This document shows positions 53,887-64,000 of a stretch of DNA of 64,000 bases, one piece after another (positions within the stretch are counted from its first letter, which is position 1; the number at the start of each line of letters is the position of its first letter). The stretch covers positions 503,878 to 567,877 of the forward strand of contig JAXHMB010000003.1 of assembly GCA_034521755.1 (NCBI GenBank). The letters run 5' to 3'. Made by a program: the position numbers and the translations under genes. A model generated the notes under the pieces. It was not told the DNA's origin and did no database searches. It saw only the letters and a list, made by a program, of their open reading frames with translations. The stretch comes from Balneolaceae bacterium. GTDB taxonomy: Bacteria; Bacteroidota; Rhodothermia; Balneolales; Balneolaceae.

Positions 53887-54990
53887 CTAGGGAGAGGGTA
53901 CACTAAATGAAAAGAAGGCTTCTGCCTGTCCCTTTTTTGTACCTAATTTAAGCGTAAAGTACAGTATAGTACCCGGCTGTAGGTTACTAAAACCTGATCC
54001 TGAAAGCTTAACCTTATATTGAATATTTCCTTTTGATGTAGCAACAGCAATATTCTGATAAAGCGATGAAGCATTTACAGAAACATTATTAGGATCGATA
54101 CCAGAATAACTCCCTCCTGTACAAGTAGATATATTCCGCATCTCCTGCACGGCTGCCGGATCTGGATTATTACTGAGATCTGAGGCTGGTCCCAACCCGA
54201 TCGAATAGATGGGCGAATCCATATTATTGGCTACCGTACACACACTATCTCGCAAAGCGGTACTGTTTGGATAACCGTCGGAAAGTAATACTATTCCTCG
54301 CTCATGTGACTGAGTAGGCTTTTCCTGTTCGGAATACTCCAAAACTTCAAGCAAAGATGGATATGTAGGTGTACCACCACTGGATTCTACGTTATCAACA
54401 GAATCTTTGAGGGCTGAAGTATTATTAGTGAACTCAGCCAAAAGTTCTGAATTGGATAAAAAGGGCCGATTAGGATTGCCTTGATAGGTAAATATACTGA
54501 TATCAAAATTGCTTGCATTTTGTGCAAACTCATCCACAAAATCCTTTGCTCCCTGTACTCGAGTACGATTGGGGTCATTGCTACCCATACTGCCGCTGCC
54601 ATCAATATCGAGAGAAATTGCAAATGGGTCATTCCCCGGCTGATTAACTGTGCTTGATATAATATCAGCAGTTATATTTGATACGGCTTTATTCTTACCA
54701 AACACTACCCGGCTGTTCTGTCGGGCAATCTTACTACTTGCATCTCCCGATAGTGAGTCGAGTGTTATCTTAGCATCCACTACCCCCGAAAGTATGCTAT
54801 TCCTATCTTCATCTAAAGGTGTTCCTAACACATCAAATTCTCCGGTATTCAAAAAGTCCGAAGACACCTGCGTACCAACCACTAAGGCTTGGTCGACCGG
54901 TATTTCTTTGGGGCCGGTGCTGTTGTCTCCACAACTGATGAGGCCAAAGGCCAAAACGGCAAATGAGAGTATGTAGCTTAATTTTTTCAT
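53887..54990 (-). CDS. von Willebrand factor A (VWA)-domain lipoprotein
   Basis: 367 aa. Lipobox 'LISCGDN', MIDAS-like 'DIDGSGSM', and 'GGTPTYPSL'. Confidence 0.65.
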   Translation of the reverse strand: MKKLSYILSFAVLAFGLISCGDNSTGPKEIPVDQALVVGTQVSSDFLNTGEFDVLGTPLDEDRNSILSGVVDAKITLDSLSGDASSKIARQNSRVVFGKNKAVSNITADIISSTVNQPGNDPFAISLDIDGSGSMGSNDPNRTRVQGAKDFVDEFAQNASNFDISIFTYQGNPNRPFLSNSELLAEFTNNTSALKDSVDNVESSGGTPTYPSLLEVLEYSEQEKPTQSHERGIVLLSDGYPNSTALRDSVCTVANNMDSPIYSIGLGPASDLSNNPDPAAVQEMRNISTCTGGSYSGIDPNNVSVNASSLYQNIAVATSKGNIQYKVKLSGSGFSNLQPGTILYFTLKLGTKKGQAEAFFSFSVPSP

Positions 54991-55119
54991 AATAGATTTC
55001 TTCTTAGTATTAATATTAGGCTGTGTACTTAGTAATGCGAATTATTTGATTAAATGAGGTCAAATAATTCGCATTACTAATAGTTAGACCATTACCTGCA
55101 CTATTCCTTACAATATTTT

Positions 55120-55233
55120 TTAATCAATATAAACCGTCTTGGTATTTATAAATTCTTTAATATTCATCTTAGACAGCTCACATCCGTAGCCTAAATGTTT
55201 GATACCACCAAAAGGAAGAAGTGGATAAGATCA
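55120..55233 (-). pseudogene. Relic of an aldehyde dehydrogenase C-terminus (~38 codons)
   Basis: Translates to 'LPFGGIKHLGYGCELSKMNIKEFINTKTVYID*', which aligns with '[32 protein letters not shown]' of the 52337..53698 gene. There is no upstream remainder. Confidence 0.7.
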
Positions 55234-55251
55234 CATAATTGAAACTCATTT

Positions 55252-56439
55252 TCAATTTTCATTTTCTACGACTGCTTCATTAATTTTCTTAAAGGTTTTC
55301 CTCAGTAACTCTTCCTCCATAATCAAGGGTGGTGCAATTCGAACTAACGTATCAGAATGAAGGGTCCACCCAAGAATTATACCTTTATCAAAACAGGCTT
55401 CCACTACTTTTTGTGTTAATCCTTTATCTGAGAGTTCCATTCCAAGCATCCCTCCCTTACCTCTTATTTCAGATATACCTGAAGCAGTCAGCATCTCCCT
55501 TGCACATTGTTCAATCATTTCCGCTTTTTTATCGTAACCACCTTGCAAAAGCTCATTTAAAGTGGCATGAGCAGCAGCACAAGACACCGGATGGCCGCCA
55601 AAAGTCGTTACATGGTTTAAGGGTGGTTCATACATGAATGATTTAAAAATGTCGGAAGATGATATAAATGCTCCCATTGGCATTCCTCCTCCCATAGCTT
55701 TAGCAAGACATAAAATATCCGGTACTACTTCATAATGCTGAAAAGCAAATAAGGATCCTGTCCTAAAAAAACCGGTCTGAATTTCATCAAAAATCAATAA
55801 TACACCGTGCTCATCACATTGCTGCCTTACTTTTTGCAACCATCCTTTATCTGCAGGAATGATCCCTCCTTCTCCCTGAATAGGCTCCATGATTACTGCA
55901 GCCGTCTCGTCATCTATCACCTCAAGATTCTCAAAACTGTTGAAGTCCAAAAAGTGGACATCCGGCAACAGTGGCAAATAGGGATCTCGATAGACATCTC
56001 TTCCCGTAACGCTTAAAGATCCATGGGTGTCCCCATGATAGCCATGATGAAAAGCAACAAACTTATGCCGGCCGGTATATTTTTTAGCCAGCTTTAGTGC
56101 TCCTTCATTTGCTTCTGTTCCACTATTCACAAAATAAACTCTGTCAAGTTTTTCAGGCAAGGTTGAGGTAAGCAGCTGTGCATATTTCGATTGGCTTTCC
56201 TGGATAAATTCACCATACACCATCACGTGCAGGTGTTTGTCAACCTGCTCTTTTACTGCCTTTACAACCTTAGGATGACGATGTCCCAAGCTGCTTACTG
56301 CAATGCCGGAAATGAAATCAACATATTCTTTACCATCAGTTGTATAGATAAAAGGGCCCGCCGCTTTTTCAATTTCAAGAGCCATAGGTGAATCACTGGT
56401 TTGAGCAATATGCTTATAAAAGTAATCTTTATAATTCAC
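55252..56439 (-). CDS. Class III (acetylornithine/GABA-type) aminotransferase
   Basis: 395 aa with 'DFISGIAVSSLGHRHP', 'DEIQTGFFRTG' and 'LAKAMGGG'. Confidence 0.8.
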   Translation of the reverse strand: MNYKDYFYKHIAQTSDSPMALEIEKAAGPFIYTTDGKEYVDFISGIAVSSLGHRHPKVVKAVKEQVDKHLHVMVYGEFIQESQSKYAQLLTSTLPEKLDRVYFVNSGTEANEGALKLAKKYTGRHKFVAFHHGYHGDTHGSLSVTGRDVYRDPYLPLLPDVHFLDFNSFENLEVIDDETAAVIMEPIQGEGGIIPADKGWLQKVRQQCDEHGVLLIFDEIQTGFFRTGSLFAFQHYEVVPDILCLAKAMGGGMPMGAFISSSDIFKSFMYEPPLNHVTTFGGHPVSCAAAHATLNELLQGGYDKKAEMIEQCAREMLTASGISEIRGKGGMLGMELSDKGLTQKVVEACFDKGIILGWTLHSDTLVRIAPPLIMEEELLRKTFKKINEAVVENEN

Positions 56440-56642
56440 AGTCGTTTATTTAAGCTGACGTTTAATGTCCATTTTTTATATTAAAAGATAACATAAATCT
56501 TACAAGTGCTTAAGAAGATATAGCGGAAACTCTACTCTTCAATTAACAGTTGACTTAACCATATCACTGAAATCACCATTTATTTCACTTAAGCGATAAA
56601 AAAGCTATAATTAGCTGTAAATAAATTAAAGTAATATCTCGA

Positions 56643-59562
56643 ATGACGGACACCGCTACAAAGAATTATTTATACTTCTTATTAATTATTCTATTGGCTG
56701 GGTTCAGCTATCTGGTCATTAATACTATACCTAATTCAAGTGTTTCAAAAACAGCCCGTCTTGGTCAGGATACCCTGCTGGAAGAGAAAAAGGAATCTGA
56801 TAAACTAAGTAAAGAACAAACCAAGAAAGCCCGGAATGAATATTACTTTACTCTTTTAAGAGATCCCAAAACAAATACCATTCCTGATAACATTCGCGCG
56901 CGGGAGTTAAATCATGCTCGCTCTGTTCCTACCCTGCAAGAAGTTAACCGGAGGTTAAAAGCCAAAAATCCTAATTTTAAGCCGGCCCAAGATTTTACCT
57001 GGCAGCTTGCCGGTCCGACCAATGTTGGTGGAAGAACTCGTGCGCTGGGCATTGATCAGCGTGATCCAAGTATTGTAATTGCCGGAGGCGTTTCGGGTGG
57101 TATTTGGCGATCAACTGATAATGGTAACTCATGGACACTTAGAACGCCTGACGCAGAAAACTTTAGCGTATCATCACTTGCCCAAGATCCTACCAATCCT
57201 GATACCTGGTATTATACTTCAGGTGAATTAATCTCCTCTTCGGCTGGAGCCCCGGGTGCTCCCTACTCTGGTACAGGAATATTTCGATCAACTGACAATG
57301 GTATAAGCTGGACAAGAATTCCAGGTACTGAAGATGATAACACCCAGTTTGATTCCCAGTTTGATTATGTAAACAGAATTGCTATTTCACCTACAACAGG
57401 AACGGTTTTTATAGCCAGTAATGGACTTGGTATTTTTCGATCACCAGATGGAAATACATTTAACGACCTTAACACTTGCGCGGGGTGGAATGACATCTAC
57501 ATGCTGATGTAGCCGTAGCCAGCGATGGTACTTTAGCAGCAGTTTTGTCTTCGGTAGACGCTGTTAAAGGAAGCGCTACGAATAATCCCGGTGTATTTAT
57601 TTCAACAGATGATGGTCAAAGCTGGACTGAAATTACGCCGGCTGATTTTCCTTCAGCACATGCCCGAAGTGTTATTACTTTTGCCCCTTCTGATCCCAAT
57701 ATTATCTATACATTGACTAAAAAAGTAGCATGATGTCCGCCAGACAGGTTTCAGCATGTTTGATATCTCAGGAGGACTTACGGGCAACCCGGCTGACTGA
57801 TCAAGTTCTTTGCGGAAACTTACCCAATTTTACTGATGGACCCGTTGGTGGAATGAACCTACAGCAATGGATATAATATGACGGTTAGAGTTAAACCTGA
57901 TGATCCTGACTTTGTGTTAATCGGCGGTACAAATCTTTTCCGATCAACAGATGGTTTTGCCACAGCACCCAGCGACAATTCGCAAAGTGAAAAGAATAAA
58001 TTTTGGGTTGGAGGTTATGCCAAAGCAAATGATATATCCCAATATCCGGAACAACATGCCGATCAACATGAAATTGTATTTGATCCATCAGACCCTAACC
58101 GTGTTTGGGTTGGCCATGACGGTGGGCTTTCTGTTTCTAATGATATTGCAGCTTCATCTGTTACATGGACTGATAAAAACAACGGATATGTGGTCACTCA
58201 GTATTATGATGTTTCCATCCCTGAAAATGAAAATGACAACAGGTTGATGGGGGGCACCCAAGACAATGGCACCACCTTTTTTGAGTTTGACCGGCAACTA
58301 AGCGAGACGTTGGATTCACAAGATATTTCATTTGCCGACGGGGGATACTCATTTTTTACTGACAACTATATTATTGTTTCTAATCAGAACAAATGACAGC
58401 AGAAATAATAACAGGGTAATCTGTTATGGATGTAACCAAGACTTTGGATGAGTCCATTTAGTATTATACACCCTGCAGGATGTCAATACCAGTCTATTTA
58501 TCAACCCCTATGAGATAGATTTTCAGAACGAAAATATTATGTATTATCCTGCTCAAAACGAACTCTGGAGAAATACAAAAATTGATGAAATTACAAATCA
58601 GGAAAATAACGGTACAACCAAAAATTGGAGAGAAGTAGATTCTGCCAAACTGCCTTCCAAATATACGAAATATACGATATCAGCACTTAAATCAACTAAT
58701 ATACCGGCTGACAACCTCTATTATGCAGGCTCGGACCCATCTGATACTGCCGGGAGCGCCTGTAATAAAGCGTCTTGATAATGCCTCAGCAAACTCATCA
58801 GGTCCTGTAGATATTTCAATACCTAATGTGCCAAACGGAGCATTTGTGCATGACATCGCTGTCAATCCCACAAATGGCAATGAAGTCCTCGTTGTAATGT
58901 CGAATTATAATATTGTGGGGCTATACCATTCCGTTGATGCAGGAAACAGCTGGGAAGCTGTTGAGGGCAACCTAACAGGAGACAACAATCCGGGGAGCTC
59001 CAATCCAGGCCCATCAATAAGGTCAGCTGCAATTATCCCAGCCGAAGGTGGGTCCATATTTGTGTTGGGAACCAGCACAGGAATATATGCGTCACAAAAT
59101 TTAGATGGATCTAATACCATGTGGGGCAAAGAATCTGCCAGCATGATAGGTTCCTCTTTAGTAGAAAACATTGATTCTCGTTTTTCAGATGGAGACATCG
59201 CCGTTGGTTCACATGGCCGTGGCATTTTTGTGGGATCTTTCCAAGGCGAAATTAACTTTAATGCTCCTGACAATTCAACTGTTTCCCAGAACTTTCCAAA
59301 TCCGTTCTCAACTTCTACAGATACTAATATACCAGTAAATTTTGCCAACAGAAGTAGGGTCACTATAAATATATATAACATAACCGGAAGAAAGATTATG
59401 CAGCCGGTTATTGATCAGATATATCAACCCGGTCCTACAAATATCCCAATTAATTTTAATTCAACTCATGCAAGTGGAATTTACTTATATCAAATTATTG
59501 CCGAACCCACTGATGAGGGTAAAAAGTTTGTAGGCACCGGCAAAATGACTTTTATCAATTAG
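56643..59562 (+). pseudogene. BNR/Asp-box (sortilin/VPS10-like) repeat protein with a T9SS C-terminal sorting domain, at least 4 frame disruptions
   Basis: ORFs 56643..57512, 57545..57733, 57878..58396, 58539..58778 and 58723..59562. Asp-boxes 'STDNGNSW', 'STDNGISW', 'STDDGQSW' and 'SVDAGNSW'. Tail 'NFPNPFS...GIYLYQI...GKMTFIN'. Confidence 0.7.
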
Positions 59563-60187
59563 TTGACTTTTGTCGCCATAACTCAATCAATTCTGTAAAT
59601 TCGTCCTGCAGTTCCTGGGTACTATCCTCGGCATACCATTTATGCAACTTTTCTGCCCATTCTTCTTTAGTAATTGAATCATCATCTTTCCACTCCATTG
59701 CTTTTTCTTGAATCACAGCAGGACGCGGTCCCCAAGTGCCAATTTCTTCCAGAGTATTAGCATCAAGACATATGAGCTTGGGAATTGACCGGCCACCATT
59801 GGTTAAATATTCATCCATAATATCTAAATGCTTGTCCCGAAGAATAAAACGTATATCAATATTAGCAGAAGTTTCTGCAATTTTATTAAGAACAGGTACA
59901 TTTTGAGCTGCATCACCACACCATCCTTCTGTGAGCACCAGCCATATCCACTGACTGTCAAGGGCTGAAATTTTTCTCAATAATGTATCATTGAGCTCAG
60001 TACGCTTATCTAACCTATTCATCCGCTGTATATTCATTCTCGTATAATGAAGGATCTCATCAGAATCATCCCCACTAGTCGTTTTACCCTCCTCTAGTAG
60101 CTCATCAATAAGCTTACGATATTCTGAATACGACATAGATTCTTCAATTATTTCACGGGTAATAACAGAGGCTTGCTTAGTAGTCAT
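59555..60187 (-). CDS. Thioredoxin-fold family protein
   Basis: 210 aa with 'LTEGWCGDAAQNVP'. Confidence 0.6.
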   Translation of the reverse strand: MTTKQASVITREIIEESMSYSEYRKLIDELLEEGKTTSGDDSDEILHYTRMNIQRMNRLDKRTELNDTLLRKISALDSQWIWLVLTEGWCGDAAQNVPVLNKIAETSANIDIRFILRDKHLDIMDEYLTNGGRSIPKLICLDANTLEEIGTWGPRPAVIQEKAMEWKDDDSITKEEWAEKLHKWYAEDSTQELQDEFTELIELWRQKSTN

Positions 60188-60249
60188 AATATAAAATTAC
60201 GTAATTGGTATTTATTACACATAAGACGCTGTATTCATCAGCTATCTTA

Positions 60250-61171
60250 CTACAAAAGCACGTCTAAGCCCCATTCCATTCCAACCAAAGTATGTTTTAT
60301 AAGCAATACAGAAATCAAAAAAAGCACGAAAGCCAATGAAACAATAAACTTTATTCTCATCACCATTTCATAATCAGTTCTTTCGGCTGTCAATCTTTTT
60401 AAGAGATTGCCCACCCAAAAACCTGCTGCTATACCAATAGCGAAAAAACCAAATGCCAACCAAAAATGCTGTTGCAGCATGGTTAAAAAGATAAGAGCTA
60501 AACCTCCGAAAAATGCTGTCTGAAAAAATCTTATCACTGCAATAATTCCATATCTAATAGCAAAGGTCTCATCGCCCTCGTTCAATATCTTCATCCAGCT
60601 GGTAGATTTGTGAGATTGGATACAAACTCAAAATAATAAGTGCTACCCCAATGCTTGCACTTAGAATTGGCAGCGTAATTGTATCCGATCCGGCAGCCAG
60701 ATAGCCAAGGAGCAGTGAATTAGTGCCCGTACTAACCCCTATGGCAATGAGGCTTTTTATAGGTGTGCCCTTCCATCGGGCATGAGGTGTCGAGTAAAGC
60801 CAAAAAAACAGCATGCTGATTAAATAAATAACAACAAAAAGATTGCCGGCCGGAATAGCTATAATTAACCCAACGAACTGTAAAATAAGCGAGGCAGCCC
60901 ACATCCATCCTGTCATTTTTGGCGGGTTCTTAAGACCCCCAATCGGCCCCTCATCTTTATCCCAATAGGAGTTAAAGGCAGTTGCACCACCAAATAAAAG
61001 CAAGTGTACATTGGCAAACTGAACAACATACATTGGCCAGTTCATGTCTTCAGCCAAAAAGCCACCTAGCAAAAATCCACCGGACAAAATAAACACCTGA
61101 TAATGCCATCTTAGATGCAGGAAAAAATGCCAAATCTGTGTTGGTATGGGAAGGTTTCTATCTGTTTCCAA
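60250..61171 (-). pseudogene. UbiA-family prenyltransferase-like membrane protein, one frame shift
   Basis: ORFs 60569..61171 and 60250..60594. The join reads 'YQLDEDIERG|DETFAIRYGI' if one g of the ggg run at ~60575 is removed. Combined length is about 307 aa. Confidence 0.6.
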
Positions 61172-61253
61172 GAAAATAGTTTATTTGCCGGATTGCCTTA
61201 AGTCTATGGAATTGCACTTATCAATCCAATAAAAGAATAGTATATTTGAAGCC

Positions 61254-62162
61254 ATGCAGAAAACCGAAAACATAGCAAATTTCATTCATACTAAACTCGA
61301 ACCTGAAAAGTGGCAAGGGCTTAAAAATTCACATGAAGAACGTATTTCTGAGCTCATTGATGGTTATATGGCCCGACGCCAGGAACAGGCTAAACATCCG
61401 GTGCTGGATTTTTTGTTTGAATACTATGCATTTCGTCCCTCTTACCTTAGAAAATGGTCCCCCGGTTTTGGAGTGCTTCTAAAAGGTGCCACCCGATCTG
61501 ATACACCTCAGCTTAGTGAACTTATATTCACAGACAAAGGTGCATTTCTAAATCCTGACTTACTCCCTGATAACAGGAACAGTGCCATCCAATGGATTTT
61601 AAAAATGCTGAAAAACTCTTTAGAAAAACAACCATCATTTGGATGTTTTGGCATGCACGAATGGGCCATGGTTTATAAGCAAGACCCTGACCAGGTTCGG
61701 CACAACCACCTTCCTTTACGCATGAATAAAGAGGAGTTGGCTGAGTTTGTAGAATCCCGCCCATTGGTCTGTACTCACTTCGATGCCTTTCGCTTTTTTA
61801 CAGAACCCGCGAAGCCAATGAACAAGTTCAAGCTTTCCAGAGAACAGTTTGCAGAAACGGAACAACCGGGATGCCTGCATACAAATATGGATTTGTATAA
61901 ATGGGCTTTTAAAATGTATCCGTGGATTAGCAGTGAACTCATTCGCGAAGCTTTTGAGCTGGCCGTTAAAACACGTTACTTCGATATGAAAGCAAGTCCC
62001 TATGATCTGTCAAGCTATGGACTGGAGCCTATCAAAATAGAAACAGAAGAAGGGAGAGTGGAATATTCAAGAAAACAGATAGAGATTTTTCAAAAATCTC
62101 AGCCCATCAGAAAAAAATTGATCGAACAGTATACATTACTTTCAGAGATTCTAAAGCATTAA
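61254..62162 (+). CDS. Conserved hypothetical protein
   Basis: 302-aa uninterrupted ORF ('HPVLDFLFEYYAFRPSYLRKWSPG'). I do not recognise the family with confidence. Confidence 0.5.
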   Translation: MQKTENIANFIHTKLEPEKWQGLKNSHEERISELIDGYMARRQEQAKHPVLDFLFEYYAFRPSYLRKWSPGFGVLLKGATRSDTPQLSELIFTDKGAFLNPDLLPDNRNSAIQWILKMLKNSLEKQPSFGCFGMHEWAMVYKQDPDQVRHNHLPLRMNKEELAEFVESRPLVCTHFDAFRFFTEPAKPMNKFKLSREQFAETEQPGCLHTNMDLYKWAFKMYPWISSELIREAFELAVKTRYFDMKASPYDLSSYGLEPIKIETEEGRVEYSRKQIEIFQKSQPIRKKLIEQYTLLSEILKH

Positions 62163-62168
62163 GTGCTT

Positions 62169-62197
62169 CAGATCCTGAAACAAGTTCAGGATGACAC
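62169..62197. repeat. Left 29-bp inverted repeat flanking a GIY-YIG ORF
   Basis: cagatcctgaaacaagttcaggatgacac. It contains its own 8-bp hairpin, atcctgaa-acaag-ttcaggat. Confidence 0.9.
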
Positions 62198-62242
62198 TTT
62201 TTGTAAGATATGCAAGGCTTGTAGGTCTTACAAAGAAAAGTT

Positions 62243-62554
62243 ATGGGTTATCATAATCGAATTGGCAAGAATGGGTATGTTTATATCCTTTCAAATTGTA
62301 AAAGAAATATGTTCTATATAGGAGTTACAAATGATCTTGAATATAGAATCTTGCAACATAAGGAAGGGAAGGGCTCAGCTTTTACAAAGCGATATAAGTT
62401 AAAGTATTTAGTTTATTTTGAAGAATACCCTAATATCAAAGAAGCTATTTCCAGAGAAAAACAACTAAAAAACTGGCACCATAACTGGAAAAGAAATTTG
62501 ATAAAAGAATCGAATCCCAGCTTAAAAGATTTAGCAAAAAAATATTTAAAATAA
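62243..62554 (+). CDS. GIY-YIG nuclease-domain protein, a lineage distinct from the tRNA-linked copies
   Basis: 103 aa, 'GYVYILSNCKRNMFYIGVTNDLEYRILQHKEGKGSAFTKRY...AISREKQLKNW'. Confidence 0.8.
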   Translation: MGYHNRIGKNGYVYILSNCKRNMFYIGVTNDLEYRILQHKEGKGSAFTKRYKLKYLVYFEEYPNIKEAISREKQLKNWHHNWKRNLIKESNPSLKDLAKKYLK

Positions 62555-62562
62555 CACCCTTT

Positions 62563-62591
62563 GTGTCATCCTGAACTTGTTTCAGGATCTG
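62563..62591. repeat. Right 29-bp inverted repeat
   Basis: gtgtcatcctgaacttgtttcaggatctg is the exact reverse complement of 62169..62197. Confidence 0.9.
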
Positions 62592-62633
62592 GATTGGACA
62601 TTTTATATAAGTTTCTATCTGAAATTTACCTAT

Positions 62634-63827
62634 TTAAACAGGCAAAGAAATCTTCCCAAAATTGACGCGGCGCCCGATATTCTGTTTTGGATCCATAAAA
62701 AAGCCATCACCTGAAAGCAGTTCATTGGCCAGCACCGCAAAACTAACAGCCTCTTTGGCATCAGGGTTGAAGCCAATCTCTTCAAACGAATAAATCTTTT
62801 GATCACTTAAAAGATCACGAAGCCAATCTACCAGCTGTTGATTATTTATTCCTCCTCCACTTAGATAGATCTCTACTTCAGAATCTTCGGCAATTTCGAG
62901 TATTGCATCAGCCAAAGATTGAGCCGTAAACCATGTAAGAGTGGCTGTCAAGTCCTTTTTCCCTATGTCTATATCATTCTCACTGATTATACTTTCTACC
63001 CAACTCAGATTAAATTCTTCAGGTCCGGTAGTCTTTGGAAAGGGCTTCTTTAGATAAGGGTGAGCTATTAAGTTTTTAAAAAGTTCGGCATTTATAGTTC
63101 CCTCAGCAGCCAACCTGCCACCTTCATCAAAAGGTTTTTCAAAATGCTTTTGCACAGCACTGTTAATTAAGGTATTCCCCGGTCCGGTATCTCCGGAAAT
63201 ACTGTCCCTTTTTGATTCTAATGGCGGTAGAAATGTGAGATTGGCAATACCTCCAATATTAACCAATACACGAGCCGATGAAGTATCTCGGAAAAGCAAT
63301 TCATCTACAAAAGATACCATCGGGGCTCCCTCTCCTCCGGCAGATGTATGTTTTTGACGAAAATCGCTGACAGTGAGGATGCCCGTCTTTTTAGCAATGT
63401 GATCTCCATCTGCTATTTGAAGTGTCGCATTTGGCATGCCTTCTTGCTGATGCTGAATCACAGGAGCATGATAGAGCGTCTGGCCATGGCTTGCAATGAC
63501 ATCCACATCGAAAGGCTCTATTTCCCATTCGTGCAATCTTTCCAATACAAGATCAGCATGATAATCACCCAGCCAGGTATGAGCAAGGCATACCTCCTTC
63601 AAACTTACCTCTTCTACAGAAACAATCGATTTCAACTTGTTACTGACTTCATCCGGATAAGCAACCGTAGCAAAGTGTTCCAGTTCCAGCTTTGTGTCTT
63701 TGCCCGTGCCGGTAATCCGACATAAAGCAATATCCAATCCATCAAGAGAGGTCCCGGACATCAATCCTACAATCATTTTCTGATGCTTGGAGGCTATTTT
63801 ATATATCTGCTCAATAGAAGAGTTCAC
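62634..63827 (-). CDS. anmK: Anhydro-N-acetylmuramic acid kinase
   Basis: 397 aa with 'GLMSGTSLDGLDIALC' and 'NIGGIANLT'. Confidence 0.88.
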   Translation of the reverse strand: MNSSIEQIYKIASKHQKMIVGLMSGTSLDGLDIALCRITGTGKDTKLELEHFATVAYPDEVSNKLKSIVSVEEVSLKEVCLAHTWLGDYHADLVLERLHEWEIEPFDVDVIASHGQTLYHAPVIQHQQEGMPNATLQIADGDHIAKKTGILTVSDFRQKHTSAGGEGAPMVSFVDELLFRDTSSARVLVNIGGIANLTFLPPLESKRDSISGDTGPGNTLINSAVQKHFEKPFDEGGRLAAEGTINAELFKNLIAHPYLKKPFPKTTGPEEFNLSWVESIISENDIDIGKKDLTATLTWFTAQSLADAILEIAEDSEVEIYLSGGGINNQQLVDWLRDLLSDQKIYSFEEIGFNPDAKEAVSFAVLANELLSGDGFFMDPKQNIGRRVNFGKISLPV

Positions 63828-63926
63828 TGTATCTGCTCATTTTGTATTTCACATTGCGTATTAAACACTACGTTTCTATGTTCAGTCCAAAGATGATTAC
63901 CAAATTACCCATACGCAATTAATTTT

Positions 63927-64000
63927 ATGAGTGAACTTACCGATCAGGATTACGAGGACTACGAAGAAGATCTCAAAATTTTAACTGATACCCTTCGTAA
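63927..64000 (+). CDS. Start of an unidentified ORF (3' end outside the window)
   Basis: ATG 63927, 'MSELTDQDYEDYEEDLKILTDTLR', open to the window end. Confidence 0.3.
   Translation, partial: MSELTDQDYEDYEEDLKILTDTLR

Overview
A 64-kb chromosomal window of about 42% GC. It looks like an FCB-group bacterium (Bacteroidota/Balneolota-like), based on a SusC/SusD pair, a T9SS C-terminal sorting domain, a GWxTD protein, a GH109-like enzyme and no obvious Shine-Dalgarno usage. Most of the window is intact housekeeping or metabolic genes: sppA, rho, folC, pyrD, pyk, alr, rocD, lat, purL, fadE-like, trmB, pdxH and anmK. Interspersed are accessory and surface genes broken by many frame disruptions: an AmgK/NahK-like kinase, a GH109-like enzyme, a GWxTD protein, SusC, SusD, a VCBS/ASPIC protein, a BNR/T9SS protein and a UbiA-like protein. 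The most unusual locus is 34.9-37.5 kb. A canonical initiator tRNA-Met gene is followed, on the same strand, by three tandem ~375-bp modules. Each module carries a copy of the tRNA 3' end and terminator, an 82-85-aa GIY-YIG nuclease ORF, and a chimeric tRNA-derived motif in which two tRNA segments are replaced by 16-nt tetraloop hairpins. One of these hairpins has been hit by an IS110-family element whose upstream non-coding end contains short matches to both target flanks and to its own termini, which fits a bridge RNA. A fourth, unrelated GIY-YIG ORF at 62.2 kb is bracketed by perfect 29-bp inverted repeats. Other points: a compact cluster with two racemase-fold enzymes, M23, M20D, GNAT and a symporter, divergent from rocD; a segmental duplication that left an aldehyde-dehydrogenase relic and two lipoproteins sharing one signal peptide; and a perfect 25-bp palindrome in front of a TetR/acyl-CoA dehydrogenase pair. 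I saw no rRNA, CRISPR array or recognisable defence system. All calls rest on reading the ORF translations and the sequence by eye, and no database search was run.
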